Below, in pieces: positions 48,477-60,063 of a stretch of 64,000 bases of DNA. Source of the DNA: an uncultured Candidatus Rokubacteria bacterium (GTDB lineage Bacteria > Methylomirabilota > Methylomirabilia > Rokubacteriales > CSP1-6); assembly GCA_963762145.1 (NCBI GenBank), contig CAVXJS010000011.1:544001-608000 (forward strand). Reading direction: 5' to 3'. How positions within the stretch are numbered: the stretch's first letter is position 1; each line of letters begins with the position of its first letter. Both the position numbers and the translations under genes were made by a program. The notes beneath the pieces are model-generated. The model made no database searches and was not told the DNA's origin. It worked only from the letters and a program-made list of their open reading frames with translations.

Positions 48477-50501
48477 GTGGCTCTCCGGATCGGCATCGAC
48501 ATCGGCGGCACCTTCACGGACCTGGTCGCGCTGGACGAGGCGACCGGAGCGGTGGTGGACACGAAGGCCCTCTCGACGCCGCACGATCTGCTCGAGGGCA
48601 TCCTCCGCTGCGTGGACCAGGCGGGGACGCGCCTGGCCGACTGCCGCCTCGTCATCCACGGGACCACCATCGGGATCAACGCCCTGCTCGAGCGAAAGGG
48701 CGTGGTGACCGGGCTCCTCACCACCGAGGGGTTCCGGGACGTGCTCGAGATCGGGCGCGGCAACTTCCTGCGCATGTACGACGTCCTGTATCGGCGGCCC
48801 GCCTCCCTCGTTCCCCGCGGCCGTCGCCTCGAGGTGAGCGAGCGGGTGACCGCGCGGGGCGAGGTGCTGATCCCGCTGGACGAGGCGGCGGTGCGCGACG
48901 CGGCCCGGCGGCTCGCCGACGATGGCGTCGAGTCGGTCGCGATCTCGTTCCTGTTCTCGTTCCGCAACCCGGAGCACGAGCGGCGCGCGGCGGAGCTCGT
49001 GGCCGAGGTCCTCCCGACGGCATCGGTGTCGGTCTCGCACCGGATCACCCAGGAATGGCGCGAGTACGAGCGCACCAGCACCACGGTGGTGAACGCCTAC
49101 ATCCGGCCCATCATGGACCGCTACCTGGGCGCCTTCGAGCGCGGGCTGGCCGGGCGCGGCTTCGGGGGCCAGCTCCTGATCACCCAGTCGAACGGCGGCG
49201 CGTTCTCGGTGGCGGCCGCGGCCTCCAAGCCGGTGCACACCATCGAGTCGGGCCCCGCGGCGGGGGCCATCGGCTGCGCGGCGCTCGCGCAGGCGCTCGG
49301 CGCGGACCGGCTCATCTCCTTCGACATGGGCGGGACCACCGCCAAGTGCGCGATCGTCGCGGGCGGGCTCGTGCAGACCACCGACGAGTACCACGCGGAC
49401 GGCCACCCGCTGCGCATCCCGGTCATCGACATCACCGAGGTGAGCGCGGGGGGCGGCACCATCGCCTGGATCGACGCGGGCGGCGCGCTCGCCCTGGGCC
49501 CGCAGAGCGCGGGCGCGGCCCCGGGTCCGGTCTGCTACGGGCGCGGCGGGGTCGAGCCCACCGTCACCGACGCGAACCTGGTGCTGGGGCGCATCGCGGC
49601 CGGCCGCTTCCTCGGCGGCACCATGCCGCTCGACCACGCGGCGGCGTCGCGGGCCATCGAGGAGCGCCTCGGGCTCGCCGCTCGGGCCTCGCGCGCGACA
49701 ACGCGGCCGCCGGCGTCGTGCGGCTGGCGGACGTGAAGATGGCGCTCGCGGTGCGCAGCATCACGACCGAGCGCGGCCTGGATCCGCGGGACTACGCGCT
49801 GGTGGCCTACGGCGGGGGCGGCCCGCTCCACGCGGTGGCGATCGCGCGCGAGCTCGGGATCCCGCGGGTCATCATCCCGCCCGCGCCGTCCACGTTCTCG
49901 GCGTGGGGGATGCTCGCCACCGATCTCCGGCACGATCTGGTGCGCACGGTGCTCGAGCCCCTCGAGCGCACCGACGGGGCGTGGGCCGAGGCGCGGTATC
50001 GCGAGATGGAGCGCGAGATCGAGTCCATCCTGCCGCCGGTGGGCGCGGCGACCCTTCACCGGGCCGCGGACCTGCGCTACCTGGGCCAGGAGCACACCGT
50101 CACGGTGGAGGTCGGGGAGCCTGGCGGACTGGGCGTCGCTGCGCGGCCGCTTCGACGCCGCGCACCAGCGCGCCTACGGCTACGCGGCGGCCGACGTGGA
50201 GGTGCAGCTCCTGAACCTGCGCCTGGCCGTCGTGTACCCGCTCGATCGGGCGCCGCTCCCGGCTCTCGATCGCGGGACGGGGCGTGGGCCGGCGTTCGAG
50301 ACGCGCAAGATCTACTCCACGCTGCTCCGCGACGTGCTCGAGTACCGCGTGTTCCCGCGCGAGCGGCTGCGGGCGGGGGACGTGGTCGAGGGGCCGGCCG
50401 CGATCGAGGAGGCGGGTACGACCACGATGCTGGAGCCGGGCGACCGCCTCCAGGTCGAGAGCAACGCGTGCCTCGTGATCGACGTGGTGAAGGGAGGCTG
50501 A
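48477..50501 (+). CDS. Hydantoinase A/5-oxoprolinase ATP-binding subunit, frameshifts near 49690 and 50130
   Basis: DIGGTFTD, HGTT, EYERTSTT, SGPAAG, DMGGTT, GPVCYG, TVTDAN, YGGGGPLH. Confidence 0.9.
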
Positions 50502-50504
50502 GCC

Positions 50505-52193
50505 ATGGGCAACGTCCCGCTCGACGCGGTGACCGTCGAGGTGGTCCGCGCCGCGCTCAACGCGGCGGCCGAGCGCATGCGGATCACCATGATCAAGACC
50601 GCCTACAACCACATCATCAGCGAGAGCCTCGACTTCGGCTGCGCGATCTTCGATGCCGACGTGCAGATGATCGCCCAGGGGATCGGGCTGCCCGTGTTCC
50701 AGGGGCACCTCGGGTTTCCCATCCAGGCCACCCTGGCCGATCGGGGCCTCGAGGCCTTCCGCGAGGGCGACGTCTTCATCCACAACGATCCCTACGCGGG
50801 CAACGGCAACCACCTGAACGACGTGGCGATGTACGCGCCGGTGTTCTGGGAGGGCCAGCTCACCGGCTTCGTGTCGGTGAAGGCCCACTGGAGCGACGTG
50901 GGCGGCCCGGTGCCGAGCTCCATGCAGGTGGGCTCGCGGGAGTTCCGGCAGGAGGGGCTCCGCTTCCAGTCGGTGCGGCTCTTCGATCGCGGTGAGCTGA
51001 ACGAGGAAGTGATGCGGATGATCCGGGGCAACATCCGCACCGAGAGCGGCACGATGAAGGACGTCCAGGCCATGATCGCGGTCTGTCGCGCCGGGCTGGC
51101 CTACTTCCACGAGATTCTCGGGAAGTACGGCCGCGACACCGTGCTCGACTCCACGAAGGTCTACCTCGAGCAGTCCGAGCGGCGCACGCGCGCCGAGCTG
51201 GCCCGCATCCCCTCCGGGACCTACCGCGCGGTGGCCCACTTCGACAACGACGGCATCAGCCTCGAGCAGCCGGTGCGGATCGAGATGGCGATCACGGTGG
51301 ACGCGGGCGCGATGACGGTGGACTTCGAGGGCTCGAGCCCGCAGGTGGTGGGGCCGTTCAACTGCGGCGACGCGATCACGGTCAGCGCGTGCCGGCTCCT
51401 GATCAAGTGCCTGACCACGCCGCTCACGCCGGTCGACGAGGGCTGCTTCCGGCCCCTCACGGTGCGCATCCCGGCGCGCTCGGTGCTGGCCTGCGAGGAG
51501 CCCGCCCCGACCGCGCGCTACTACGTGCCGATCAACCTGCTCATCGATCTGGGCCTGCGCGCGCTCTCCGAGGCGATGCCCGAGGGCATCCCGGCCGGCT
51601 CCTACGGCGACCAGATGCCCACCATCGCGTTCGGGACCCATCCCGACACCGGGCGCCTCTTCATCCAGGGCGATCTCAACGCGGGCGGCACCGGGGCGCG
51701 GCCGGCGTACGACGGCGAGTCGGGCATGATCATCTTCGCGGGCTCGACCGCCCGGAACAACCCGGTCGAGGTGGTGGAGTCGCGCATCCCGACCATGCGC
51801 ATCCTCAAGTACGGCCTCCGGCCCGATTCGGGCGGCGCCGGGCGGCACCGGGGCGGCCTCGGCATCGAGCGGCTCTACGAGTTCCTCGCGCCCGCCTTCA
51901 TCACCTTCAGCCTCGAGCGCAAGGTCAATCCGCCCTGGGGCCTGCGGGGCGGGAAGGACGGCGCGGTCAACGGCGTGGAGATCACCGCGCCCGACGGGGC
52001 GGTGCGCCACGTGCGCAAGGCGACCCAGCATCCGATCGCGGCGGGGGAGCGGGTGCGGATCATGACCGGCGGCGGCGGGGGCTTCGGCCCGGCCGCCGAG
52101 CGCGACCCGGAGTCGGTCCGGCGGGACGTCCACGAGGGCTACGTGACGGCCGAGGCGGCCCGCCGCGACTACGGCGCGCGCGCGGACGCCTAG
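50505..52193 (+). CDS. Hydantoinase B/5-oxoprolinase subunit
   Basis: HNDPY.GN.HLND, AHWSDVGG, QEGL, DSGGAGRHRGG, TGGGGGFG. Confidence 0.93.
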   Translation: MGNVPLDAVTVEVVRAALNAAAERMRITMIKTAYNHIISESLDFGCAIFDADVQMIAQGIGLPVFQGHLGFPIQATLADRGLEAFREGDVFIHNDPYAGNGNHLNDVAMYAPVFWEGQLTGFVSVKAHWSDVGGPVPSSMQVGSREFRQEGLRFQSVRLFDRGELNEEVMRMIRGNIRTESGTMKDVQAMIAVCRAGLAYFHEILGKYGRDTVLDSTKVYLEQSERRTRAELARIPSGTYRAVAHFDNDGISLEQPVRIEMAITVDAGAMTVDFEGSSPQVVGPFNCGDAITVSACRLLIKCLTTPLTPVDEGCFRPLTVRIPARSVLACEEPAPTARYYVPINLLIDLGLRALSEAMPEGIPAGSYGDQMPTIAFGTHPDTGRLFIQGDLNAGGTGARPAYDGESGMIIFAGSTARNNPVEVVESRIPTMRILKYGLRPDSGGAGRHRGGLGIERLYEFLAPAFITFSLERKVNPPWGLRGGKDGAVNGVEITAPDGAVRHVRKATQHPIAAGERVRIMTGGGGGFGPAAERDPESVRRDVHEGYVTAEAARRDYGARADA

Positions 52194-52206
52194 CCGGGCC
52201 GCCTCG

Positions 52207-53406
52207 ATGGCCCCGCTCCGCGCGATCCGCTGCGGCACCCTGTTCGACGGCACCGGCGCGCCGCCCGTCCGCTCCGCGCTCGTGGTGGTGGACGGGGCGC
52301 GGATCACCGCGGTCGGCCCCGCCGACACCACGCCGATGCCCGCGGGCGCCGCGGTGCTCGACTGGAGCGACCGCTTCGTGATGCCGGGGCTGGTGGACGC
52401 GCACAGCCACATCTCGATCGTGCCGGGGGACGGCGACCAGATCGGCCAGCTCCGCCAGGAGCCGGTGCCCCAGGCCCTGCGCGCGACGTCGAACCTGCGC
52501 CGCGACCTCGCCTCGGGGACGACCACGCTGCGGGTGATGACCGAGGAGCACTTCCTCGACGTGGCGGTGCGGGAGGCGATCGAGGCGGGGGTGATCCCGG
52601 GCCCGCGCCTGCTCTGCGGCACGCGCGGCATCACCTCGAGCAACGGGCACGGCCGCGCGCACTCCGCCTTCGACGGCGTGGACGAGATCCGGCGCGGGGT
52701 GCGCGAGAACTTCCAGCGCGGGGCCGATCACGTCAAGATCTTCGCCACCGGCGGGGTCAGCTCGCCGGGCACCACGCTGAACGCGAGCGTCTACTCGCGC
52801 GAGGAGATCCGGGCCGCGGTCGAGGAGGCGGAGCGGGCCGGGAAGTACGCGGCGGCCCACGCCCACGGGGGCCCCGGGCTCCGTCTGTGCGTGGAGGAGG
52901 GCGTGTCCACCATCGAGCACGCGGGGCTCGCCACCGACGACGACGTGGCGCTGATGAAGGAGCACCGCGCGTGGCTCATCTGCACGTTCTCGATCTTCAT
53001 GCACGCGCGCGGGATCGAGCAGGGCGACGGGCGCAACCCCGCGATCATGGCCAAGCTGGCCGCGGCGCGCCGGACCATCGCGGAGACCTTCCCGCGCCAC
53101 CTGGCCTCGGGGGTGCGCTACGCGTCCGGCACCGACGGGGTGCACGGCGCGATGCCCTTCGAGCTGGAGACCCTGGTGCGCTTCGGCGTCTCCCCGCGGG
53201 ACGCGCTGCTGTCGGGCACGCGCTGGGCCGCCGAGGCCTGCCGGGTGGACTCCGAAGTGGGCAGCCTGGCGCCCGGCAAGCGCGCGGATCTGATCGCGAT
53301 CGAGGGTGACCCGCTGGCGGACATCGAGGTGCTCCGCCGGGTGCGCCTGGTCATGAAGGACGGAGAAGTCCAGGATGTCATGTCGACCAACCATGGGAAC
53401 AGCTGA
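52207..53406 (+). CDS. Metal-dependent amidohydrolase (prolidase-like)
   Basis: PGLVDAHSH, VKIFATGG, AAHAHG, IEHA, GTDG, GKRADL. Confidence 0.9.
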   Translation: MAPLRAIRCGTLFDGTGAPPVRSALVVVDGARITAVGPADTTPMPAGAAVLDWSDRFVMPGLVDAHSHISIVPGDGDQIGQLRQEPVPQALRATSNLRRDLASGTTTLRVMTEEHFLDVAVREAIEAGVIPGPRLLCGTRGITSSNGHGRAHSAFDGVDEIRRGVRENFQRGADHVKIFATGGVSSPGTTLNASVYSREEIRAAVEEAERAGKYAAAHAHGGPGLRLCVEEGVSTIEHAGLATDDDVALMKEHRAWLICTFSIFMHARGIEQGDGRNPAIMAKLAAARRTIAETFPRHLASGVRYASGTDGVHGAMPFELETLVRFGVSPRDALLSGTRWAAEACRVDSEVGSLAPGKRADLIAIEGDPLADIEVLRRVRLVMKDGEVQDVMSTNHGNS

Positions 53407-53444
53407 ATGGGGAAGAACCACTGAATGGGGAGGAACGGCTGATG
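53403..53444 (+). repeat. 18-nt imperfect tandem repeat in intergenic gap
   Basis: CTGAATGGGGAAGAACCA / CTGAATGGGGAGGAACGG / CTGATG. Confidence 0.8.
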
Positions 53445-55026
53445 GCGGATCGGGCACGGACGGGCGACGGTAACCGGAGCACGCGGCGGGAGTGGCTGGC
53501 GCAAATGGGCGGGCTGGCCGCGGGAGCGGGGCTGGCCTCGATGGGCGGGGCGGGCCTCGCGGCGCGTCCGGCGTGGGCCCAGGGGCAGCCCAAGCGCGGC
53601 GGCATCCTGAAGGTGGCCACCGTGGACAAGCCGGTGAACATGGATCCCGGCTTCGCCCAGCTCTACTCGTCGCTCCAGGTCTACCAGAACGTCTACAACA
53701 AGCTCGTCTACGTGGACGACGCGGGCCAGTTCGCCCCGGGGCTCGCCAAGTCCTGGAAGCAGGACGGCGAGAAGACCTGGGTCTTCGACCTGGTGGACAA
53801 CGCCACCTTCCACAACGGCGAGCCGTTCACGGCCAAGGACGTGGCCTTCACCTTCAACCGGCTGCTCGACGCGAAGAACAAGCTGCCGATGCGCGTGTTC
53901 TTCTCGCCGGTGGAGGGGGTGGAGGCGGTCGGGGCGCACCAGGTGCGGTTCAGCCTGAGCCGGCCGTTCGGGCCGCTCTTCGCGATGCTGTCGCAGGCCA
54001 CCGAGATCGTCAACGAGAAGGCGCTCGCCGAGAAGGATCCGAAGCTGTTCCCGATCGGCACCGGCCCGTACAAGTTCGTGGAGTGGGTGAAGGACGACCA
54101 CATCACGCTCGAGCGCTGGGACAAGTACTTCCGGCCCAACCGCCCGTACCTCGACCGCATCATCTTCCATGCGCCCGCCGACGACACGGTGCGGCTCACC
54201 GGGCTTCAGACCGGGCGCTTCAACTGGATCCAGACCGTGCCGCCCCAGCGCATCGCCGAGCTCGAGCGGCTGCCGCGGGAGATGAAGTCATCGCCCGGCC
54301 GGCCCTACTTCCCGTTCTACCTGATGCTCAACGCGAGCCGGTCGCCGCTCAACGACAAGAGGCTGCGGCAGGCCCTGGCGTGGACGATCGACCGCTCCGA
54401 GATCGTGAAGCTCGTGTACTTCGATACCCACGTGGTCACCGCGGAGCCGACCCCGGCGCCGAGCCCGTGGGCCACCGGGGTCAACGCCCACAAGGGCGGC
54501 CCCGACCTCGCGAAGGCCAAGCAGCTCCTCGCGGAGGCCGGCCACGGGAACGGGCTCACCCTGACCTACCTCGTGAAGTCGCAGGTGCCGGTGCTGGTCA
54601 AGACCGGCGAGATCCTGCGCGAGCAGCTCAAGAAGGTGGGCATCACGCTCGACGTGCGGCCGCTCGAGTCCGGACAGTACTTCGAGGAGCTGGTCGGCAA
54701 GAAGTTCGACATCGCGGGCGGGTGGTGGAGCGTCACGGTGGACCCCGACATGTTCTACTACCCGATGCAGCACTCCTCGTCGGCGTGGAACTTCTGCGGC
54801 TTCAAGTCGGAGGAGGCGGACAGGCGGCTCGACGCCTTCCGCTTCACCGCGAACCCGGCCGCGCGCAAGAAGATGTACCCGGAGCTGGTGCGCTGGTTCC
54901 AGGAGGAGGGCTCGCTGATCGTCTTCAGCAACGAGCTGCAGCGCTACTGGATGAAGCCGAACGTGCAGGGCTCGGCGCCCTTGTCGCTCGCTCGAGCTGC
55001 GCTTCGAGGACACCTGGCTGGCTTGA
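53442..55026 (+). CDS. Family-5 ABC solute-binding protein with Tat signal, frameshift near 54990
   Basis: TRREWL; PGLAKSW; IGTGPYK; corrected end ELRFEDTWLA-TGA at 55024-55026. Confidence 0.88.
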
Positions 55027-55087
55027 TCAAACTGGGGACGGCGCCGCTCCTCCCCCAGCCCCCCCACCGCTTTCGAACGCGGCCGAG

Positions 55088-56031
55088 ATGATCGTCTATG
55101 CGGCGCGGCGGCTGGCCTTGGCGGTGCCGCTGCTGCTCGGCATGAGCGTGCTGATCTTCGCGCTCATGCGCCTGGTGCCGGGCGACCCGGCGGTGGCGGT
55201 GCTGGGCTACAAGGCCACGCCCGACGGCATCCGGGCGCTGCGCGAGGCCTTTCACCTCGACGAGCCGGTGCCGCAGCAGTACCTGCGCTGGCTCGGGAAG
55301 GCCGCGCGCGGCGACCTCGGCCACGACTTCCGCCAGAACGAGCCCATCGGCCGGATGATCCTCGACCGGCTGCCGGTGACGCTCGAGCTGACCCTGCTCG
55401 CCGCGCTCTGCACCGTCCTGATCGGGGTGCCGCTCGGCCTGCTGGCCGGCGGGCAGCGCGGCGGGGCCGCGGACCGCGCCGCCCTCGCGGTGGGGCTGCT
55501 CGGGGTCTCGGTGCCCGACTTCTGGCTCGGCATCATGCTCATCCTGGGCCTCTCGCTGGGCGCCGGCCTGCTGCCCTCGGGCGGCTGGGTGCCCTTCGGC
55601 GAGAGCCCGATGGACAATCTGGTCCACATGGCGCTGCCGGCCCTGACCCTGGCCGTGAGCCGGGCGGCGGTGCTCGGGCGTCTCACCCGCGCCGCGGTGC
55701 TCGACACCATGCACCGGAGCTTCGTGCAGTACGCGCGCGCCAAGGGCCTGGGCGAGCGCGCCATCCTGTTCCGCCACGTGCTGCCGAACGCGGCGATCCC
55801 GATCGTCACGGTGCTCGGGCTCCAGGTCGGCTACATGCTGGGCGGCGCCATCGTGGTCGAGATGATCTTCACGCTGCCCGGCCTCGGGCGCATGACGCTG
55901 GACGCGGTGCTCGAGCGCAACTACCCGGTGGTGCAGGCGCGGTCCTGGTGATCGGCGCGATGTTCATGCTGGTGAACCTGATCACGGACGTTCTCTACGG
56001 CGCGATCGACCCGCGCATGCGGCGGCGCTGA
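55088..56031 (+). CDS. DppB-like ABC permease, frameshift near 55940
   Basis: LVPGDPA, ARAKGL, HVLPNA, RNYPVVQ, then ITDVLYGAIDPRMRRR in the next frame. Confidence 0.88.
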
Positions 56032-56850
56032 TGGGCCGTCGCGGGGTCGACGGCGGCCGGGCTGCTCGTGATCGGCATCCTCGCCCTGATCGCGGCGCTC
56101 GCGCCGCATGTCGTGCCGGGCAGCCCGACCGAGATCGCCAAGGATCACGCGCTGCGCGGCCCGACCTGGAGCCAGCCGTTCGGCATGGACGATCTCGGGC
56201 GGTCCATCCTGAGCCGGGTCGCGCACGCCTACCGCGTCTCGCTCGGCGTCGCGCTGGCCTCGGTGGCGCTGGCCCTGCTGGTCGGCCTCCCGCTCGGGCT
56301 GGTGGCGGGCTACGCGGAAGGCGCGCTCGATCAGCTCATCATGCGGCCCCTCGACGTGCTGATGGCCTTCCCCGCGATCCTCCTCGCGATCGCCCTCATG
56401 AGCGTGTTCGGCACCGGCGTGGTGCTGGTGGCCGCCTCGCTCGCGGTGGTCTACACGCCGATCGTGGCGCGCGTGGTCCGGGCCGCGGTGCTCGCGGTCA
56501 AGGCGGAGATCTACGTGGACGGCGCGCGAGCGCTCGGCGCGCCCGGGGCCCGGCTCGTGCTCCGCCACATCCTCCCCAACGCGGCCACTCCGGTGCTGGT
56601 GCAGGCCTCGGTGCTGATGGCGATCGCGATCCTGGTCGAGGCCTCGCTGTCGTTCCTGGGCGTCGGCGTGCGCCCGCCGACCCCATCGCTCGGGCTCATG
56701 CTGGCCGACGGCCGCGGCTTCATGGTGCAGGCGCCCTGGATGGTGATCTTCCCCGGGCTCGCGATCATGGCCGCGGTGCTCGGCTTCAACATGGTGGCCG
56801 ACGGCCTGCGCGACTGGCTCGACCCTCAGCAGGCCGCGGGGCGCTCGTGA
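56031..56850 (+). CDS. DppC-like ABC permease, apparent 5' frameshift
   Basis: FGMDDLGRSILSR, HILPNA, EASLSFLGVG, DGLRDWLDP. Confidence 0.88.
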
Positions 56851-56877
56851 TGGCCGGGGCCTGATTCGAGGCGTAGC

Positions 56878-58134
56878 ATGAGCCCCATGAAGACCGGACG
56901 GTTCGTCATCGTCGGGGCCGCGCTGGCGGGAGCGAGCGCGGCGGCGGCCCTCCGCGAGGAGGGCTTCGAAGGGGAGATCACCCTGGTCGGCGCCGAGCCG
57001 GTCATGCCCTATAACCGCCCGCCGCTGTCGAAGGGGTATCTCCGCGGCCACGACCGCTTCGAGGATCAGCTCGTCAACCCGGCCGAGTTCTATGCCGAGC
57101 ATCGCATCGACCTGCGGCTGGGCGTCCGCGCCGAGGCTGTCGACCCGACGCGAAAGGTGGTGTCCCTGGAGCGCGGCGACGAGGTCGCGTACGACCGCCT
57201 GCTGGTGGCCACCGGCGGGCGCAACCGGGCGCTGACGACCCCCGGGGCCGACCTTTCCGGCATCTTCCAGCTCCGCACCGTGGAGGACTGCGACCGCATC
57301 CGGGCCGTGGCCAAGCCCGGACGTCGTGCGGTCGTGATCGGGCTCGGCTTCATCGGCTCCGAGGTGACCGCGTCGCTCCGGCAGATGGGCGTCGAGGTCA
57401 CCGCGGTGGAGGGCAACCCGGTGCCGCTGGCGCGCGTGCTGGGCCCGGAGGTCGGCGCGGTGCTGGCCGGTATCCATCGCGAGAAGGGGGTGGAGCTGGT
57501 CCTCGAGGATCACGTGGCGGCCTTCGAGGGCGGCAGCGCGGTGGAGCGCGTGCGCACCAAGAAGGGACGGGTGCTCCCGTGCGATTTCGTGGTGGCCGGC
57601 ATCGGCATCGTGCCCAACACGGAGGTGCTGGCCGCGGCGGGAGCGGCGGTGGACAACGGCGTGCTGGTGGACGAGCACTGCCGCACCTCGCTGCCCGACG
57701 TCTACGCGGCGGGTGACGTGGCGAACCACCTCCATCCCGTGTTCGGGCGGCTGCGCGTCGAGCACTGGAACAACGGCTACCGGCAGGGCCGGGCCGCGGC
57801 CCACGCCATGGCGGGGGGCGCCCAGCCGTACGACTACATGCACTCCTTCTGGTCCGATCAGTACGAGCACGTGGTCGAGTACATCGGCTTCGCGGCGACC
57901 TGGGACCGGCTCGTGTTCCGGGGCGATTTGGCCAGCCGGAAGTTCCTCGGCTTCTACATGAAGGACGGGGTGGTGCGCGCGGCGATGGGACTCGATCGGG
58001 GCGGCGACCCCGAGGACCCCAAGGGCGGCAGCGAGCTGGGCGCGGTCGCGGGCTTTATCCGGGATCGGGTTCCGGTGGACCCCGCGCGCCTCGCCGACGA
58101 GGGCGTGGACCTCAAGCGCATCGCCCGTCCGTAG
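56878..58134 (+). CDS. FAD-dependent NAD(P)H:ferredoxin reductase-like oxidoreductase
   Basis: PYNRPPLSK, LLVATGG, GLGFIGSE, VYAAGD, RVEHW, FWSDQY. Confidence 0.92.
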   Translation: MSPMKTGRFVIVGAALAGASAAAALREEGFEGEITLVGAEPVMPYNRPPLSKGYLRGHDRFEDQLVNPAEFYAEHRIDLRLGVRAEAVDPTRKVVSLERGDEVAYDRLLVATGGRNRALTTPGADLSGIFQLRTVEDCDRIRAVAKPGRRAVVIGLGFIGSEVTASLRQMGVEVTAVEGNPVPLARVLGPEVGAVLAGIHREKGVELVLEDHVAAFEGGSAVERVRTKKGRVLPCDFVVAGIGIVPNTEVLAAAGAAVDNGVLVDEHCRTSLPDVYAAGDVANHLHPVFGRLRVEHWNNGYRQGRAAAHAMAGGAQPYDYMHSFWSDQYEHVVEYIGFAATWDRLVFRGDLASRKFLGFYMKDGVVRAAMGLDRGGDPEDPKGGSELGAVAGFIRDRVPVDPARLADEGVDLKRIARP

Positions 58135-58152
58135 TGGTAAACTCCTGACACC

Positions 58153-59120
58153 ATGAGCTTCGACTACGGCAAGTACTTCGGCGAGATCAAGCTGACCCAC
58201 GACCTCCTCACGAAGAAGGAGGAGCGCACGTGGCTGCTGAAGCCGCCGCGCGACGGCGAGCGCCACGACATCGTCCTCTACCTGGGCTGCAACGTGCTGC
58301 GCACCTCGCACATGGTCCAGACGGTGAGCGCGATCTTCGACCGGCTCGGCCTGGACTACGTGGCCGCCGGCGGGCCGACGTACTGCTGCGGCATCCAGCA
58401 CCACCGGCGCGGGCAGGAGGCCTCGGGCGAGCGCTACGCCAACCACACGGTCGAGCTGCTGCAGAAGCATGGCGCCGCGCGAGGTGGTCATGTGGTGCCC
58501 GTCGTGCATCCAGTTCTACGACGAGGTGCTCGAGGCCGACCTGCCGTTCCCCAAGCGCCACACCGCCGAGTTCCTCGCCGACCGCCTGGACCGCGGCGAG
58601 TTCACGTTCACCCAGCGGGTCGAGGCCACCGTCGCGCTGCACTATCACCGCGCGACCGAGCCCCGGCAGCGCGAGGGGCTGGCCGCGCGCCGGCTGCTCG
58701 AGGCGATCCCGGCGTCACGGTCGTGGACTTCGAGCCCGACGCGCGCTGGGGCCGCACCTGCACGCCGGCGCTGCAGGAGCAGCTCGGGCCCGAGGTCTGG
58801 CGGCAGATGGTGCTCGACGACATCGACCGCGCGCTCGGCCGCCGGGGCCACCCACATGGCCGGCATCTACCACGGCTGCCACCGCGACCTCTGCCGGTTC
58901 GAGGCCGAGCGGCCGATCGTGTTCGAGCACTACCTGACGCTGTTCGGGCGCGCCCTCGGCATCGAGTTCGAGGACACCTACAAGAAGTACATGCACATGG
59001 GGCGACCCCGACCGGATCCTCGAGGACGCCACGCCCCTGCATGGCCGCCAACGGCGTCGAGCGCCGAGGCGGCGCGCGGGCTCGTCATCAAGACCTTCTC
59101 GCCAAGCGTGAGGGCGCGCC
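58153..59120 (+). CDS. Cysteine-rich CCG-domain (Fe-S)-binding protein, apparent frameshifts
   Basis: YLGC, TYCCG, WCPSC, second half RTC and YHGCHRDLC; 3' end approximate. Confidence 0.75.
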
Positions 59121-60063
59121 ATGGCGACGATCGCGCCGTCGATGAAGGCCGCGTTCGCCGCGGAGCACGACGTGCCGATCCCGTACATGCAGCGGACGCG
59201 CGACTACTACCAGGCCCTCGGCTTCGCCCCGTACCGCTGGGCGCACTTCGTCGACGCGCCGTTCACGCCGCTGCGACGTGCCGCTCGCGCCGGGCGCGCG
59301 TCGCGCTGATCACGACCGCGGCGCCGTTCCAGCCGGAGGCCGGCGACCAGGGGCCGCGGCGCCGCGTACAACGCCGCCGCGAAGTTCTACCAGGTGTACT
59401 CGATCGCCGACGGACACCGAGCCCGATCTCCGCATCTCGCACGTCGGCTACGACCGCCGCGCACACGTCGCGCCGAGGACATCAACACCTACTTCCCGCT
59501 GGCGCGCCTGAAGGACGCGGTCGGCGGCCGGGCGGATCGGCGGCGCTCGGCGCCGCGCGTCCACGGCGCGCCGACGAATCGCAGCCACCGGGTGACGATG
59601 GAGACCGACGCGCCCGAGCTGCTGCGCCGCTGCCGGGAGGACGGCGTCGACGCGGTCGTGCTCGTCCCGAGCTGACCGGTCTGCCACCAGACCGTGGGTC
59701 TGGCCGCGCGGCACCTCGAGGCGAACGGCATCCCGACCGTGATCATGGGCTGCGCCAAGGACATCGTCGAGCACTGCGGCGTCCCGCGCTTTCTGTGGAG
59801 CGACTTCCCGCTCGGCAACTCGGCCGGGCGGCCGTTCGACGTGGAGTCCCAGGCCGAGACGCTCGAGCTGGCGCTGCGCGTGCTCGAGACCGCGCCGGCG
59901 GCCCGCACCACCGTGCAGTCGCCGCTCCGCTGGACCGAGGACGCGGCGTGGAAGCATCGACTTCAACGACCTCTCGAAGCTCTCTCCGGAGGAGATCGCC
60001 GAGCGGCGCAAGGAGTTCGAGGTGGTGAAGGCGGTGGCGAAGGCCAAGCGCGAGGGCGCATGA
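59121..60063 (+). CDS. Glycine/sarcosine/betaine/proline reductase selenoprotein-B-like protein (in-frame TGA 59673-59675), apparent frameshifts
   Basis: PFTPL..PL..ARVALITTA, HVGYD, EDINTYFPL, DGVDAVVLVPS-TGA-PVCHQTVGLAARHLEANGIPTV, VPR, FPLG. Confidence 0.85.
59687..59703 (+). promoter_or_regulatory. Putative bacterial SECIS hairpin
   Basis: Perfect stem CCAGACC-GUG-GGUCUGG; loop starts with G 19 nt after the UGA. Confidence 0.6.

Noticed and set aside
55032-55058. CTGGGG...CCCCAG hairpin after the SBP gene as a REP or MITE
   Set aside because: Only one copy seen in the window; more likely an mRNA-stabilising stem, and the stem is short.
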